From NCBI GenBank assembly GCA_900555785.1, contig USMO01000001.1, forward strand, positions 1 to 47,033: a stretch of 47,033 bases of DNA. Reading direction: 5' to 3'. Positions within the stretch are counted from its first letter, which is position 1. Every line of letters begins with the position of its first letter. A program made the position numbers and the translations under genes. Below are positions 46,893 through 47,033 of the stretch, in pieces. Below the pieces are notes generated by a model, which saw only the letters and a program-made list of their open reading frames with translations, had not been told where the DNA came from and did not search any database. The stretch is from an uncultured Eubacteriales bacterium (GTDB lineage: Bacteria > Bacillota > Clostridia > Oscillospirales > CAG-272).

Positions 46893-46924
46893 CCCCCGCT
46901 GCTCCTTGCAGCGGGGGATTTTTG
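46893..46924 (+). terminator. rho-independent terminator after the four-gene cluster
   Basis: CCCCCGCTGC-TCCTT-GCAGCGGGGG followed by ATTTTT. Confidence 0.8.
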
Positions 46925-46956
46925 TGGGGTGGGGACGGGTTATGTGGGGCATATGC

Positions 46957-46987
46957 TTTTTTGTCCGTCTTGGATAGTGATTGACTG
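46957..46987. repeat. 31-nt direct repeat, copy 2 (TTTTTTGTCCGTCTTGGATAGTGATTGACTG)
   Basis: 30 of 31 nt are identical to 37379..37409. Confidence 0.85.
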
Positions 46988-47033
46988 GCTTGCCTCTGCC
47001 GTTCGGAGATCCCGCCTGCTGGCGCCCCTCCGG

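Overview
This 47-kb window looks like a moderately GC-rich Firmicutes/Clostridia-type chromosome. Evidence: AGGAGG-type ribosome-binding sites (RBS), lipoprotein lipoboxes, and several near-perfect TTGACA-N17-TATAAT promoters. The taxonomic guess is inference only.

It falls into three parts.

(1) About 1-18.1 kb is a mosaic accessory region.
- It starts with a 976-aa protein whose motifs match the double-psi beta-barrel active site of two-barrel RNA polymerases (YonO / RdRP-like, with DFDSD in place of DFDGD).
- Next is a visibly AT-rich three-gene module. It encodes an unknown 401-aa protein with an R-x5-H motif, a 138-aa protein, and an HTH-XRE::DUF3990-like fusion.
- It also holds a small ORF, two tRNA 3'-end-like fragments, an XRE-helical regulator, and a rhamnosidase (GH78) / GPH transporter / GH3 / AraC cluster.
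- These modules are separated by six same-orientation copies of a about 16-nt core (TTTCTTTGCCTACTGC). Some copies extend into a conserved hairpin and abut integrase N-terminal-only ORFs. This pattern suggests serial site-specific accretion of cassettes.

(2) 18.2-22.8 kb is housekeeping: trxA, gdhA, an M14 peptidase, a membrane protein and a HAD hydrolase.

(3) 22.9-46.9 kb holds two carbohydrate-type loci.
- The first is a 7-gene minus-strand operon. It has a about 1230-aa CBM-like solute-binding protein, two separate ABC permease pairs, an NHL-TPR-Yip1 membrane protein and a 1262-aa secreted protein. No ATPase gene is present.
- After a 1.08-kb structured non-coding gap comes an AraC-controlled set of secreted or lipoproteins. 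One is a CE2/SGNH-like protein whose catalytic Ser, Asn and His positions are all substituted.

No rRNA gene, intact tRNA gene or CRISPR array was found.
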